A stretch of 64,000 nt of DNA from Camelus dromedarius (taxonomy: Eukaryota), in assembly GCF_036321535.1 (NCBI RefSeq), contig NC_087437.1:75704001-75768000 (forward strand). The letters run 5' to 3'. The notes beneath the pieces are model-generated. The model was not told where the DNA came from. It saw nothing but the letters and a program-made list of their open reading frames with translations, and ran no database searches. A program made the position numbers and the translations under genes. Positions 13,895 to 27,000 of this stretch are shown piece by piece. Numbering within the stretch: position 1 is the stretch's first letter; every line of letters begins with the position of its first letter.

Positions 13895-14025
13895 CGGGGT
13901 GGGGGTGGGGCAGATGGGTAGATAACTAGATTTATTTGTTTACTTGTTTATTTAATGGAGGTACTGGGGATTGAACCCAGGGACCTCGTGCATGCTAAGC
14001 GCACACTCTAGCACTGAGCAGTCCT
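13895..14025 (-). mobile_element. tRNA-Ala-derived camelid SINE (vic-1-like)
   Basis: Reverse complement reads gctcagtgctagagtgtgcgcttagcatgcacgaggtccctgggttcaatccccagtacctccattaaataaa (A box, B box, A-rich tail); same family as the copies at 22666 and 47978. Confidence 0.88.
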
Positions 14026-14749
14026 GTTCAGAGGTTGAAAACAGTACCAACAAGGCGACAGAGAAAGCCGAGAACCTGGGAGCCGCTGGGGGAAACAAAA
14101 GCAGATGGAGGCAAGTGAACGGAGGAGGGCGCGGGAGTCCAAGAAGGACGAGTGTACGTTCCCTGCGGACAGGCACTCGCCACCGCCCTGCCCGCGGCGG
14201 GGCGCCCTCGAGCTCGCTGCCGGCATGGGAAGCGTGGAGACGCCCCCAGGCGGTGTGCGCATCGGCGGCAGCGGCGGAACTTAGGGGAAAATGGGCAGAG
14301 GTGAGAGGCGTGGAGGCGTCGGGGTCGAAGCGCGCGGGAGGACGTCTGATGCCGAGAGGGGCGAGAGATCAGGGGCTGGTGCGGGGCCGGGGCTCCGAGG
14401 TCGGGGTGAGCAGCACCTTGGGATAGTTCTTGAAGCGTGGGGGTAGGAGCGAAAGCTGGAGGGTACCAGCGGAGAGGACGGTGGGGCCCAGGGCGGTGCG
14501 AGAGGTAAAAAGGGAACTGCAGACTGGGACGGGTGCACTGAGGTCCCCGGTGAGCGTGGGAGCACACCCTCAGCCTCCGGTGGGGGCAGGGACACTGACG
14601 CGGGGCGGAAGACGGGGCGGCAGGGCGTGACCGGGAAGCCCGGGTGCACGCCACCGCCCGGCAGCGGCGGGAGCGGGAACTTGAAGCCGTGAGTCGGAAG
14701 GGCGCCGCCGCGTCAACAGTCGCGGCGGCGGGGCGGGGGCGAGGCCGAG

Positions 14750-14761
14750 TGCGCGTGCGCG
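14750..14761 (+). promoter_or_regulatory. NRF1 (alpha-Pal) binding element TGCGCGTGCGCG
   Basis: Close match to YGCGCAYGCGCR about 200 nt upstream of the ATG, the position of the described NRF1 site in the human CD47/IAP promoter. Confidence 0.8.
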
Positions 14762-14956
14762 GCCCGCGCGGGCGGGGGAGCGAGCGTGGGGTGGCGGGAG
14801 CGAGCGTGCGCGCGCGCGGCCAGGCAGCCTGGGCAGCGGGTCCTGCCTGTAACGGGAGGCGGTGGACTGTCCTCTGTGTGACGGCGGCGGCTTCTGCTCC
14901 AGACACCTGCGGCGGCGGCAGCGGCGGCGCGATCCGACTCCGCGGCGGATGCGGAG

Positions 14957-15002
14957 ATGTGGCCCCTGGTGGTGGTGCTGCTGCTGGGTTCGGCGTGCTG
15001 CG
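14957..15002 (+). CDS. CD47: CD47 exon 1 coding part (signal peptide [16 protein letters not shown])
   Basis: ATG at 14957 in gagATGt context; donor G|gtgagt at 15002/15003. Confidence 0.98.
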
Positions 15003-18000
15003 GTGAGTGGTCACTTGCTCTTGGGTCCGCGGCTGGTGTCTCGCCGCCCCCGCGGCAGCCCCGCGGGCGTATGGGCTGCGCCCCGTCTGGCCCGGCGGCG
15101 CCCTGGAGAGGGTGGCCGGGGTACGGGACGCGCGGGCCCTGCACTCTCCGGGTGCGGACGTGGGAGGGCCCCGCGGGTAATCGGCGCCCCCTTCCTTTCT
15201 TCCTTTTACCTCCTCTTCCTCTTTCCCCTGGGTGAGAGCGGGGCTCATCTTTTCCTATTTTCCACCTTCAGATGCCCACACCGAGGAGGACTCCAAACCG
15301 TTCACCTCGCGCAAAAATTAACTGTAGAGAGAAGGGGCGCGATCGGAGGCGAGAGGTTGGCAGCTGTTAGGATCCCCCCTTTCGCACTCCTCTCCCTCCT
15401 CAGTGCTTTAAACGCATTTGGGGTTGAAGGAGGGAGAGTGGGAGGGCCCGAGCCTCTTGCGATGCAAGTGCGCATTTTGGCGAAGTCTGCAAGAAGGGGT
15501 TTCTCCTGTTTGGCCTCCCACATGAACATAGGAGTTAAGGGGACATAAAGGACGCAATTAAGTTACATTTCCAGCCCAGCATTTAATCAGAAGAATCTTC
15601 TGGCCAACCCCCCCCCCCGCGCCCCTTTAACCATAGGAATAAGCTTCCTGAGTGGAAACTCTTTCACTACCCCCACGCCCCGTCAGCCACTTTAATACAG
15701 TCCAAATTGCATGTTCAAGTTTTCCTGCTTTATTAAAGGGAACCGTTCTAAAAGTAATCCAGATTTCGCTTGAAATATGAAGACAGTAACCTCTATATGA
15801 AGACAGTCAAAACCATACTTGCGGCAGAGTGGGATTTGGTGTCTGTCTTTCGACGCCAGAGGCGTGTTGGCCCCCCAAGCTTTTGGAATCCATTTCGCTT
15901 TTTTAAAACGTGTGCTTCGTCTGTAAAAACTGAGAAAGGAATGGGAATTTTCGTGGTTCTACAGTGCATGTCACACTTCACATCTATAGAGCCTCTTGTG
16001 AACTTTTTGTAAGATTCAGAATTGAGTTTGAGTAACATTAACAAGCAGTTGTTACATTTAATTCTAAAATGCTAAATTAATTAGATTTTAAACGGGGTAT
16101 TGGCCTCACGGTGCCATTCCTAAAGGCTTGTGACTTCGAGCTATTTCCAAAATGCCCATAAGTCCAGGCTTAGCACTTTCCCCACTGCCTGAAACCTCCC
16201 GGGATGTTGGAGCTGTTAATAGTCAATGTTTGTTATGTAAAGGGTTGATATTAGTAAAGCAGTGTTTCCTGTTATCCTTAACGGCTTGTTGCTCTTACTA
16301 TCATTATCACTCAAGTAATACTGCTTTCAAAAACCTGTTGTATGATCAGAAAGCCTTCTGGTGAACCAGAGAGTAAATTTGTAATAAAATATTACTAATT
16401 CAGACCTTTGGTCTCAAAGCTAGCTTGAAGTATAAAAAGTGTAAATCGTGTACTATTTTAAAAACAGAGGTCCTATTTTCAAGTAGATTTAAAAGAACTG
16501 CTAGAATGGTACTTTGGGGGATAGAAATTGTTAGGCCTCCTTTAGTGATACGGTGTGATCATGTATAATTAGCACTCATTTACATACAATGTTAATGTTC
16601 TCCAGTCCCTGCAGACTCATAGAATTCAGAATTTATGGTATCATATTGTACTTAGTTAATAATAACCTGAAAAAAAAGTAGAGGCAGTTTGCGTTTGAGT
16701 TCTGTTAATTGTTGACTATAAAACAGGAAGGGGTAGTGTCTGTCATGAGACATAATGGAATTTTGTGCCTGTTTGTTTAATATGTAGTTTTAAAAGGACG
16801 TGTATGAAGAGATGTTAACAGTCTCAGAACACAAGTGGTTACAAACCAAGATATTTGGGAGACTGAATTTAGATTCTGGAATGAATAAGGAAGTCATGGG
16901 TTTGTATGCTTATTTGCTCTGAAGTTTGATTTTGCTTTCAGTTTCACTTATAAATGATAGGTAATCAAAAGCTATTGCCTGGTAGCCACTACAGTTTCAT
17001 TTGGCCTTCGTAGGAAAGGGAGTTACCAAAAATGCCCATTCCATCTAATTAAAGGCAAAATGCAACAGCCTGTATTGGCTTACAAGACACAGAATGAATG
17101 ACTATTCTCCTTTCCTCCCCCCTCCCCCATGAGTCCAATTATACTTTGTTTAAAAGCACATCAGCAGTTTCAGTAGTATTCACAAACTGGTAAATAAAAC
17201 GTTACTCAAATAATGACAGTAATATGAACTGTCTTTCAGGGTTGAATGATTTTTCTTTGTCCAAATGAGTTTTTAAGATCAGGGGTACACATGAGTAAAA
17301 AATATTTTTATTGTCTTAGTCTAGTAGTAATTTGGCTTGCTTGTACAAAAAAATGTTTTCTTTTCTTCTAAAGAATATATTACTTTTAACCACAATTTGC
17401 CATTTTAAGGAAATAAGTGCCTATTTAAAAGTACTTATTTCCGGGGCCACCCAGCAGTCTAGAGGCAGTGTGTTAAAGCATTACACTAAATGCCTGCGAT
17501 TAGGACACTTGCTCATGCTGTCATCAGTGTTTTGGCAGATGTTTTATCTTTGCCACTGAGTTGTTAATGTGGATTTGAAAGGCCAGGTTCTAAAGATGAA
17601 AAATAGGTGGTTTTCCCCAAATTGATAAACATTCTGAATCCAGAATACTCTATTAAAACTAAGTTCACATTCCTAAACGTTAATTCAGCTCCAGCTGGTG
17701 TGGGCATTGGTTTTTTTTTTTTTTAATACATTCATGTTCTTTTTGTGACATATTTTTCATATAACTATTTTACCCATTTCAGGTTTTTGTTGTCATAGCT
17801 TTTTATAAAAGATAAAAATTCCTGTATTTTTATATCTTGTGCCTCAGCCTGATATACTCTCGGGTTGTGATAAAGCAACTTTCACTTTGTGTACCAGTGC
17901 ACATATTTCCTCTATAATAAAAGAATAAGAGTGTTAGTGTAGGATCACTTTTACTAAACTCACTGTGGTACTAAAGTTAAAAAAACAAAAGAGAGAGCAC

Positions 18001-21000
18001 ACAGGAAGTTTGATTCTAATATACCTAGACTAAGACTGAGACAGGAGAACCTAGGTGTTCCCTCTTTCTGGTTACTAACATGGAGTTCAAACAGGAATTA
18101 GAAGCTGCACCTTCCTCTGAATATTTCATTCCATAGCCATGGGCATTGTAAAGAACTCAGAATCTGGCCAACCCCAGGGTTTGAGATTTAGATTAAGAGA
18201 ATAAATGTGCATATTTGAATACATGTTACACTTACAGGTTAAAAAGCAAGGCAAGGGATTTGGCAAGGGCAAAATTGCCAAATCTGTCAAAACTGCTTTT
18301 TCTCTTTCAAGCAAGTATGAGCCCATGTTATATTCTGAGAAGCACTTTGCAAGGTCCTCTTGGACATATAGACAAATTTCAGACTATATGCCTCTTCGTA
18401 ACTTAAAATGTAGTTTTTAAAAAGAAGGGATTTTTTTTGTTTTTATACCTCAGTGGTACTTAATATATTTTAAATGCTTGATAAGGTTGTAATTCTGGAT
18501 ACTACTGACTTTAAACTGCTCTGGGCCCTGTAATTCTAGGTTGACCACTTCTATTCTTCTGAGGCCACTTTAAAATCTAGTAGGGGATTAGTCTGAGTCA
18601 GAACTAAACACAGGTGGACACCTCCATTTTACTCCAGACTTTAGTTGGTTTCTGTTGAGGAGAGATCTGACTAAATCCTCCTTTTGTCCCTAATTCTAAC
18701 CTGATTCAGCTTGAGATTCCAGTTCTTCATACCAGGGCCCAGGTCTGATGGCAAAGATTAGTAGGCTTCGTTTCTAGCGGGTGCCTTTTACTCATGAGCT
18801 TTACTTCCTTTACCTTAGTGACTGCTGGGGCTTCTTACCCCGTTCCTGAATGTCCATTCCAAGCAGGTAATTAGCTTTCTACTCCACGGCAAAAAATAGT
18901 GATGTGTGCTGTGGAGTCTCTCAACTTCCCGCCCACCATTGTTAAACTTGTCTGTAATATCTTAGGTAGCCTTCGTCTCATTCTCCTCCTTCACTCAGGT
19001 CAGAAGTATTCCTTTTCCCCTTTCCAAGGAAAGGACCACCTGTCTACAGCTCTTTGACTTCCACCATCTTGGAGACCTGCTCACTCAGCTTAATTCTTCA
19101 GTCTTATCCCTTAGATCTTTCCCTCTCCTCTCCCCTGGTTCCTTCATCTTAGCTTGCAGACATGGTCAAGTTTTACCCCATGTTAAAAACAAACAAACAA
19201 GAACAACAACCCAAAAAACTGGCCCTTGTCTCTGCCTCTATGCTTTTTCCATTATGGCCTCTCTCTGCTTTCTTATATTGCCAGGTTGATTCAAAGAGAA
19301 TCACTGCCTCTTCTTTCTGCTCTCCCCTTCACTTCCCAAGTGCAGTCTGACTTCTAATCCCTATGCTGTTGACATTGCTGCAGACAAAGAAGCTGATGAT
19401 GAAATTTTTAATCTAGAGGCTGTTTTTACTTATCCTGCTTAACATCTGTTTTGTCCATATAAGACCCTTCTTGGTGCCTGTGGTGGTGTTCTTTGCTGCC
19501 TCACCTACTTTTGTTTTTCCCCCCCTCACATCCTTGGTTTGTTCATCTTTAACTGTTTGCTCCATAAATACTGATGTTCTCCAACATCTTATTCTCTGAT
19601 GCCTGCTCTACTTGCTTTGCGAGGATTCTCTGGGTGATCTTGTTTATGCTCACAGCTTCAGTTACCAGCTGTATTCTTGGTGATTCCCAAGCCTTTGTAG
19701 CTCTTAAATCCAGAGCCATATACCTCGGATCTATTGGACACCCCCATTTCATTGTACTACAGGTACTTGAATCCTGAGCCTACTGAGTATTGAAAGAATA
19801 TTCACCCCTAAATCTCTTATCTGTAGTTAATTCACAATCTAACTGGTTACACATATTATTTTAGTTAACAGATCTTAATTCTTCTCTCCTCTTCCTCCTT
19901 ACCTCCTGTATCTGACTTTTGTTGACTCTGCTTCTTTGTTTTTTTACTGTAATTTTTGGCCTTCTCTCCAGTTGTCCTTTAGCTGGACTATTACAGTGAT
20001 CTCTTTATATATTTGTATTCTTAATGGGTTTCCTTTCCCATCTCCCTTCCTGCCCTCAATTCACCCTTTTTACTACTGTATTATTCTTTAAAGTGCAAGT
20101 AAATCTGAGTGGTTTGCTAATGCTTGTGTTATCAACTCCAGAGTCCTCAGAATGACATTCAGGGAAGCCTGTACAATATTTCTTAACCATCTTTTCCAGC
20201 CCCTTTTCCTGGCGCTCACCTAAACAGTATCCTGCTTCTGATTACTTCACTTGTCCACGTTGTGTACTCTGCCTAGAAAGCTCTTCCTTTTCCATAATAT
20301 TCCTACTCATCCTTCAAGCCCCAGTTGAAATACCACCCTATCGGAAAGAGCATTCTTAGACACATCATGTAATTTTTAAGGAACTCTTCCATCCAGTCTG
20401 CAACTCACTTGATAGAGATTTTTCATTAAGATGTGTAGCTTCACGGTAACCATAATCAGATCTATAGAAGTGAGAAACAGTGGAGGATTCTTTTGAAATA
20501 TGGAAGAAAAGTGAATCTCCCCTGATATGATATTTAGATTTTCCTTTCTTGAGATTCATACTTTAAATTTTTACATTCAGATAGAATGTATTGAGTCCTA
20601 CTTGCTGGACCCTGGGTTGGAGCCATAGGATACCAAATGAAGCCATTGTTCTTGCATTTCTACCTTTTGAGCCTAAAGGAGAGGTCAGTAAAGTAACACG
20701 GTGATTACAAGATTAGGTAGTAAGTGCAGTGACAACACATGGACAGGAAGCAAATGGGAGCAATAAGGAGGGATGAATACAGTTGAGTAGCTGCAGGGAA
20801 GGGGACAGGATTGAACAGCTCAACTGTGCTTTAACAGGAAGAGCCCGAGTTAGCAAACTGTAGCTGCCATTTGCTGAAAGTTTACTATGGATGTGAGAGG
20901 CACTGCAGTAAGAACACTATGTTCATCGTCTCATTAAATCTTAACAAAATCTCTTTGAGGTGTGCACTGTCACTATTCACATTTTACAGATGAGGAGACT

Positions 21001-24000
21001 GAGATACAGAAATTAAGTAACTTACCTAAGGTCATACAACTAGGAAGAGCTGTCGTGAGCCAAGGTCTGGCTCCAAGGTATGTGCTCTTACCCATACTCC
21101 CAGGAAGGGTATGGGCCTCTTCAGGCTGGGGATAGGCTTGTGCACAGGCAAGGGCATGGAGATGAGAGTGCATTTGCATATTCATGGAAGGGCAAGAAGT
21201 TAATTATGATTGGAGCTTGGTTTGGAAATGAGGGAGTATAGGAGGTGGGGCTGGACAGGATCTTGAAGGACCTACTTTGTATTCCATGCTAATACACTTA
21301 GAATTTAGCCTGAAAAGGCCGGGTGGGGGGTGGGGGATTGTTGTTAAAGTATATTAGGCAAAAGAGTGCACATTTGCATTTAGAACAGTTATTTTGGGAA
21401 CTGTGGAAAATACAGTGGGGCAGGGATGGGGAAATGCTGAGGCTGGAAGCAGGGAGCTAGCTAGTTAGGAGTGTGTGGCAATAGTTAAGGGAGAAATGAT
21501 GACTGTCTAATTAATTCATACGACATTGGGTTTAGGAACTATTCAATGGGTTGAGCCTAGTAAGAACTTTCCATGGCTCAGGAGAGGGCAGAATCCAGCA
21601 TAATTCTTAGGTCCAGTTCTGGTTGACCAGTAGATAATAGAAAATACTTTAGGGCAGCAAGGATTTGGGATGAGGGCAGGCAGAGAGTAAACAGATTTTT
21701 GGACATTTTGACTCTGAAGGAACTGTAGGACATACAGGTGGAAATGCACAGCAGACGATTGGCTTTCTGAGTTCTGCAGTGAAGGAGAAATTTGGGGCCT
21801 AGTTGAATTAAAAGTGTGTGGGTAGTTAAAACCACAGAGTAAGAGAATACTGGAGCGGGGCCGGGTGGGGTGCAGTGCTGGATAGGAAGTCCTTAGGAAG
21901 TCTAATGTTTATTGTGAGTCAAGGAAGAGATTTCAGTAAAGAAAGCAAGCTGCTGTGAGGTGGACAAAATATTAGGAGGAAATTCAGAATCCGGAGATAC
22001 AGAGGCCAAGAGACAAGAGCAAGAAAGGAGCTGCCCACTAGTTCAAGAACTCTAGAGAAGTCGAGATAGAAAGTGAACCACGTACCTTCAGTTTTCACCA
22101 GGGATTACTGGGGACTTTCCAAAGAGCTGTCACAGTGAAGAAGGCAAGGTGGATGCCAGGTGGCAGAGGTTTAAGAAGTAAGTAAGAGGTGAAAAAGTGC
22201 ATTTAGATAATTTTTTTCAGGATGCTAGGGAAGAGAGAGAGAAGTATGAGGAATTTTTTTTTCAGTTGACTAATACTCAAGCATCTAAAAAAAATGTTTT
22301 TAAACCTGTATGAATGAACTTGGGGGCTGTAGGAGGCTGATAACCCAGTAGGGAAAGTCCTTGAGGAGGGTGATGAGTGTGGAGGCAGAAATGGAAACTA
22401 GCTCTCAGGTGAATGGGTTCATTTCTGAAGAGGAATTGAGGGGAAGAAAAGTGTAGATCGTTGCAGTTGCAGGTACATTTATTGGTGGAATTGCTGGAAG
22501 CTTCTGGCTTCTTATCCGGAGGACTCAATTTGAAATGAAAAATAGGAAGAGAGGGCTCCTTTGGAGGGTATAGGATAAGCTCTTACAAAAAGACAGCGAT
22601 GTAAGAGTTGTTACAAAGGACGGAAATACATGAAACATGTGAAACGATAAAAGATTGAAGGCCCATGGGAATGGGGGTATAGCTCAGTTGGTAGAGCAGA
22701 GCGCATGCTGAGCATGCACGAAGTACTTGGTTCAGTTCCCAGTATGTCCATTTGAAAAAAAAAAAAAAAAGATTGAAGGCCCAGATGGGTGGGGTCTTGT
22801 TGTTCCCCTAGGAGCAATGCCAGTTTTCTTAGAAATCTGTAAGACTGACTGCTCTCCTGCCCGTCCATAGCACTTTGTTCATGCCCGAAGGATAGCACTT
22901 ACGATCTTATGCTATAAAAAGTATGTGTCATTCCCCCAAGTGAGGATTCTAAGCTCCTCAAAGAGAATTTCTACATATTTTTCCGTTATTGTATCCCCAC
23001 ATCTTGTCACATTATTTCAGATCAGGTAATTCTCAATAAATGCTTGTTGCATGTCAGAATTTCTAAGCTAGACCTGTGTACTGTGAGGACCACATATTGA
23101 GCCTTCTCTGCACATAAATAGGAGCTGTTTTCAGAATTGTAGTATGAGATGGTTCAAATCAGTGGTCTGTCTTCACAGAGGTTGTAAGGTCCAGTATTTT
23201 TGACATTTGATGTAAAATAATTTCCCCATTTCATTTGCTAATTTACCTGTAACTCCAGCATCACTGATGATTATACTTATCTGTTCCTATCTGATTTAGA
23301 CTGCTGTAGGCATTTCTTGATTATTCAGAATGTACTTATTCATGTTAATCATCTATGTTCCTTTATTTGCTTTCTGTATTTTAGATCTTCTCTCTGCTGT
23401 TTCATCAAAAGGCAGTAGGCAAAAGAGAGAAGACCCAAATCAGATAATTTTATTACTTAATAGTTTTTTAATAAATATTTATAGAGGATGAAGTTGTAGT
23501 TAACAGCTGGCAGAGGAACATTTCTGGGCTATCTTTATTTATTAATTATTAGTGACAGGGTTATTCAAATTAATGTTTATCCAGGTCAGCTTTACTTTGA
23601 ATTTTATTGACAGTATTTATTCTACTTAAATTGCTTCAGCTATAACAGTTTTTTTAAATGTCAACAAATAAAGCAGTGCAATCAGTGCTTTCTGTATTCT
23701 TTAGAAAAAAAATTCAGTTTCTAAACATAAGTTTTGAACTCATGAAATATTTACCCACCACTTCTTACCTAAAGGCTTCTAAGAAAGTTCTCTGGGATAA
23801 CTGAGTTCTTCACTTGTATCTCTTCTATTAAACGGTAATTTTATTTTTAAAAAATATTTAAATTGAACTATGATTGATTTACAATGTTGTGTTAGTTTCA
23901 GGTGACAGCAAAGTGATTCAGTTGTACATATACACATATTTTTTTCCAGATTCCTTTCTGGTATAGGTTATTACAAGATATTGAACATAGTCCCCTGTGC

Positions 24001-27000
24001 TATACACTAGGTCTGTTTTATATCTAGTAGTGTGTTTATGTTAATCTCAAACTCCTACTAATTTATCCCTCCCCACCTTTCCCCTTGGTAACCAAGCATT
24101 TGTTTTCTAAGTCTGTCAGTCTGTTTCTGTTTTATAAGTAAATTCATTTGTATCATTTTTTTTTTTAGATTGCACATGTAAGTAATATCATATGATAGTT
24201 ATCGTTTTCTGATCTACTTCACTTAGTATGATAATCCCTAGGTCCATCCATGTTGCTGCACATGGCATTATTTCAGTCCTTTTATGGCTGAGTAATATTC
24301 CATTGTGTGTATATATATATATACACACACACCACATCTTTATCCAGTCATCTGTTGATGGACACTTAAGTTGCTTCCATGTCTTGGCTATTGTAATTAG
24401 TCCTGCTGTGAACATTGGGGTGCATGTATCTTTTCAAATTAGAGTTTTCATCTTTTCCACATATATGCCCAGGAGTGGGATTGCTTGATCATACGGTAAT
24501 TCTATTTTTAGTTTTTTAAGGAACCTCCATACTGTTCTTCTTAGTGGCTGCACCAATTTACATTTCCACCAACAGTGTAGGAGGGTTCCCTTTTCTCCAC
24601 ATAAAGGGTAATTTTAGAAGGTAAAATCTTAACTTAAACAAATATAAAATGAACATGTATCAAAGATTTTATTTCATGCATTAGTTAAGCAAACCAGCAA
24701 AATGGTACAGCCATCTTGGTTTTAAAAGAAGATTGGAAGAACAGACACATGTACATATAGGCAGTCAGGAATGCTGAAGTGAATTTGTGAATAGATGCAA
24801 AATTGGTCAGTATCCTTGGGGCAACAAAATGTGATTTTTTTAATTCCTCTCTTCCACCAGGTGGAAGTCAATTGCAGAAGCAAGTTTATTCGTATCTCTG
24901 TGAGCATGGATCATTTGCATTACCATCAGTTTTCTACAACTTAGAAAATTATAAAAATAGCCCAAACACAGGCAAAAGGCACGAGCCACTATAGAATTAG
25001 AGATTCTGAAAGGATCTGTCAGACAATGCCCAGCACTCTATTGAAAGGACTCATAGTAGTCTTTTTTGTCCACTTAAAAATCGTTGATCATCATTTCTGA
25101 CACTTGCCTTCCTTTCTAATTCCAACATCATAGGCGCTTTCTTCCCTCCTTGTGTACTACCGTCTTCCCCTCAGTTCTTCTTTCTCAGGGGAAATAGTTC
25201 ACAACTCCAAGGCTTTTCAGAATGCAATTGGAAGCCTAGGTTTTGCCTGGGGCTTCCTGATATCTGAGTGGCTAGAAATGTAGAGAACTGGGGAGAGGTG
25301 AGCTGTGAAAACCTGCAAGGTTGATTCAGACTGTGGATCCCCAGAAATGTAGCAGTTTAGACCTGTCAGTCACAGACAGTCCGGAGCATGACATTAAATG
25401 CTATAGTGCCTAGTTGTTACAGCATCACCCAGCATATTTACAGCAGAGTATTGTTTAGAGAACACCTGCTAGTATATTTTCTCCTTTCATGCTGATCACA
25501 ATTCTGTGAAGTTGCCCAGTGTTCATTTTTGATCCTCTTATACAGAGAGTGAACCAAGGCCTAGACAAGTTAAGTGAATTGCTTAAGGTTGCATACGGAG
25601 AAGTGACAGAGATAGGATTTGTACTCAGGCTTTCTGAACAATTGTTCAGTTCATATTTCCACTCTGATCCTAGTGTTCAACTCAGTCGGCATTTATTGAA
25701 TAGTAATTATGTTCCTAGAGTAATAACATCCTATGTCCCCAATGAAGGAACAAATCTTAAAGATGAATGATTAAACTTGATATTTTATTTGTATTTGTTA
25801 GTGGGTTTTTTGAGGGAAAAGCCAACTAACCACTTAGTTAAAGAGTTGATAAATGGCTGAAAAAGATGGAAGACAACTACAGTTGTTCCACATTTTTGCA
25901 CATTTTAGATGAAAGATGAGTGATTGCATTTACTATTTCAATCTTGTTTATAAGATAACAACTGGTAATTTATCCTATTGAGAAAATTTGATAGAATACA
26001 CACTACTTATGAGCAGTATCTGCTCTTGGTTTCAACTTGCATCTTAGCTTTATTTTGTGTGATTTATGGTTTATGGAAGGAATACCTGTAATATGCACTT
26101 GGAAGTTGTTGTTCCTTAGTCTCAATGAAGTGTAGGAGTGGGAAAATGCCATTCAGTTGTGTATAATAATTTATAATACTTGCGTACAAAATGTCTGTGG
26201 CTCTCTGCATTTTGCAATAGGAAAATAGCCATAGAAAAAGTTTTTTTTTTTCCTTAGCATTATAAGACTTTTCATCCTAGTGGAATGATGTGATGTGATT
26301 CATCTGATTTACTTTTTATATTAAAGTACAGTAGAGCCTGCCACCTTTTTTGGAAATGCAACATAGGGATGGAGATAAACTTCATATTAGTTAAGCAAGT
26401 TCTTACCGAAGTTGAGTCTGAATATAATATTTGATTCTATTTTCTGTTTAAAACTTTCTCATGGCAAGGACAGTATTTTTCTACATATATCAATAGGCAG
26501 TAACAATTACTTAAAAGCTTCCAAAGCCAAATACTACACCTGCATGTTCTAACACAGTTGCTAAATTTATTCCCAAGACACATGAGACTCTATTCTGCAT
26601 TACTGGGAATGAATAAGGAAAAGATATGGTGTTGTCTGTCAGCTGTACATGTTAGTATTAAAATAATTTGTTTCTTCTTTTCACCTTACCCATCTCCCCC
26701 AAGCTGCACTGCTTTCTTAAGTGAATAATAGAAATATTGCTCTTAAGAATTTGTAGCATACCTAAGATCTTATAGTATAGAATTCTGTAATTAAATGAAA
26801 CAATTTTCTCTTTTCCAGGTTCAGCTCAGCTAATATTTAATAAAATCAAGTCTGTAGAATACACCGTTTGCAATAAAACTGTTGTCATCCCATGTTTTGT
26901 TAGTAACATAGAGGCGAAGAGTATTAGTGAATTGTACGTCAAGTGGAAATTGAAAGGAGAAAACATTTTCATCTTCGATGGAAATCAAAACCAGTCCAGT

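Larger units (their letters stand above)
14120..15500. promoter_or_regulatory. CpG island / TATA-less CD47 promoter with GC boxes and ETS-like CGGAAG motifs
   Basis: Very high GC and CpG density around exon 1; GGGGCGGGGG at 14730, CGGAAG near 14606 and 14695; GGC-rich 5'UTR at about 14909-14930. Confidence 0.93.

Noticed and set aside
14028..15248. 406-aa minus-strand ORF and other long ORFs over the promoter
   Set aside because: Low-complexity Pro/Arg/Ala sequence expected from stop-codon depletion in a CpG island; no recognisable domain, and it ends at the SINE.
22666..22766. tRNA-like sequences here, at 13895-14025 and at 47978-48142
   Set aside because: They have A-rich tails, TSDs in two copies and degenerate stems, so they are SINEs rather than tRNA genes.
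24851..24867. Near-palindrome CTTCCACCAGGTGGAAG, CTCF-like
   Set aside because: Mismatch at a key C of the GGC core and no other support.
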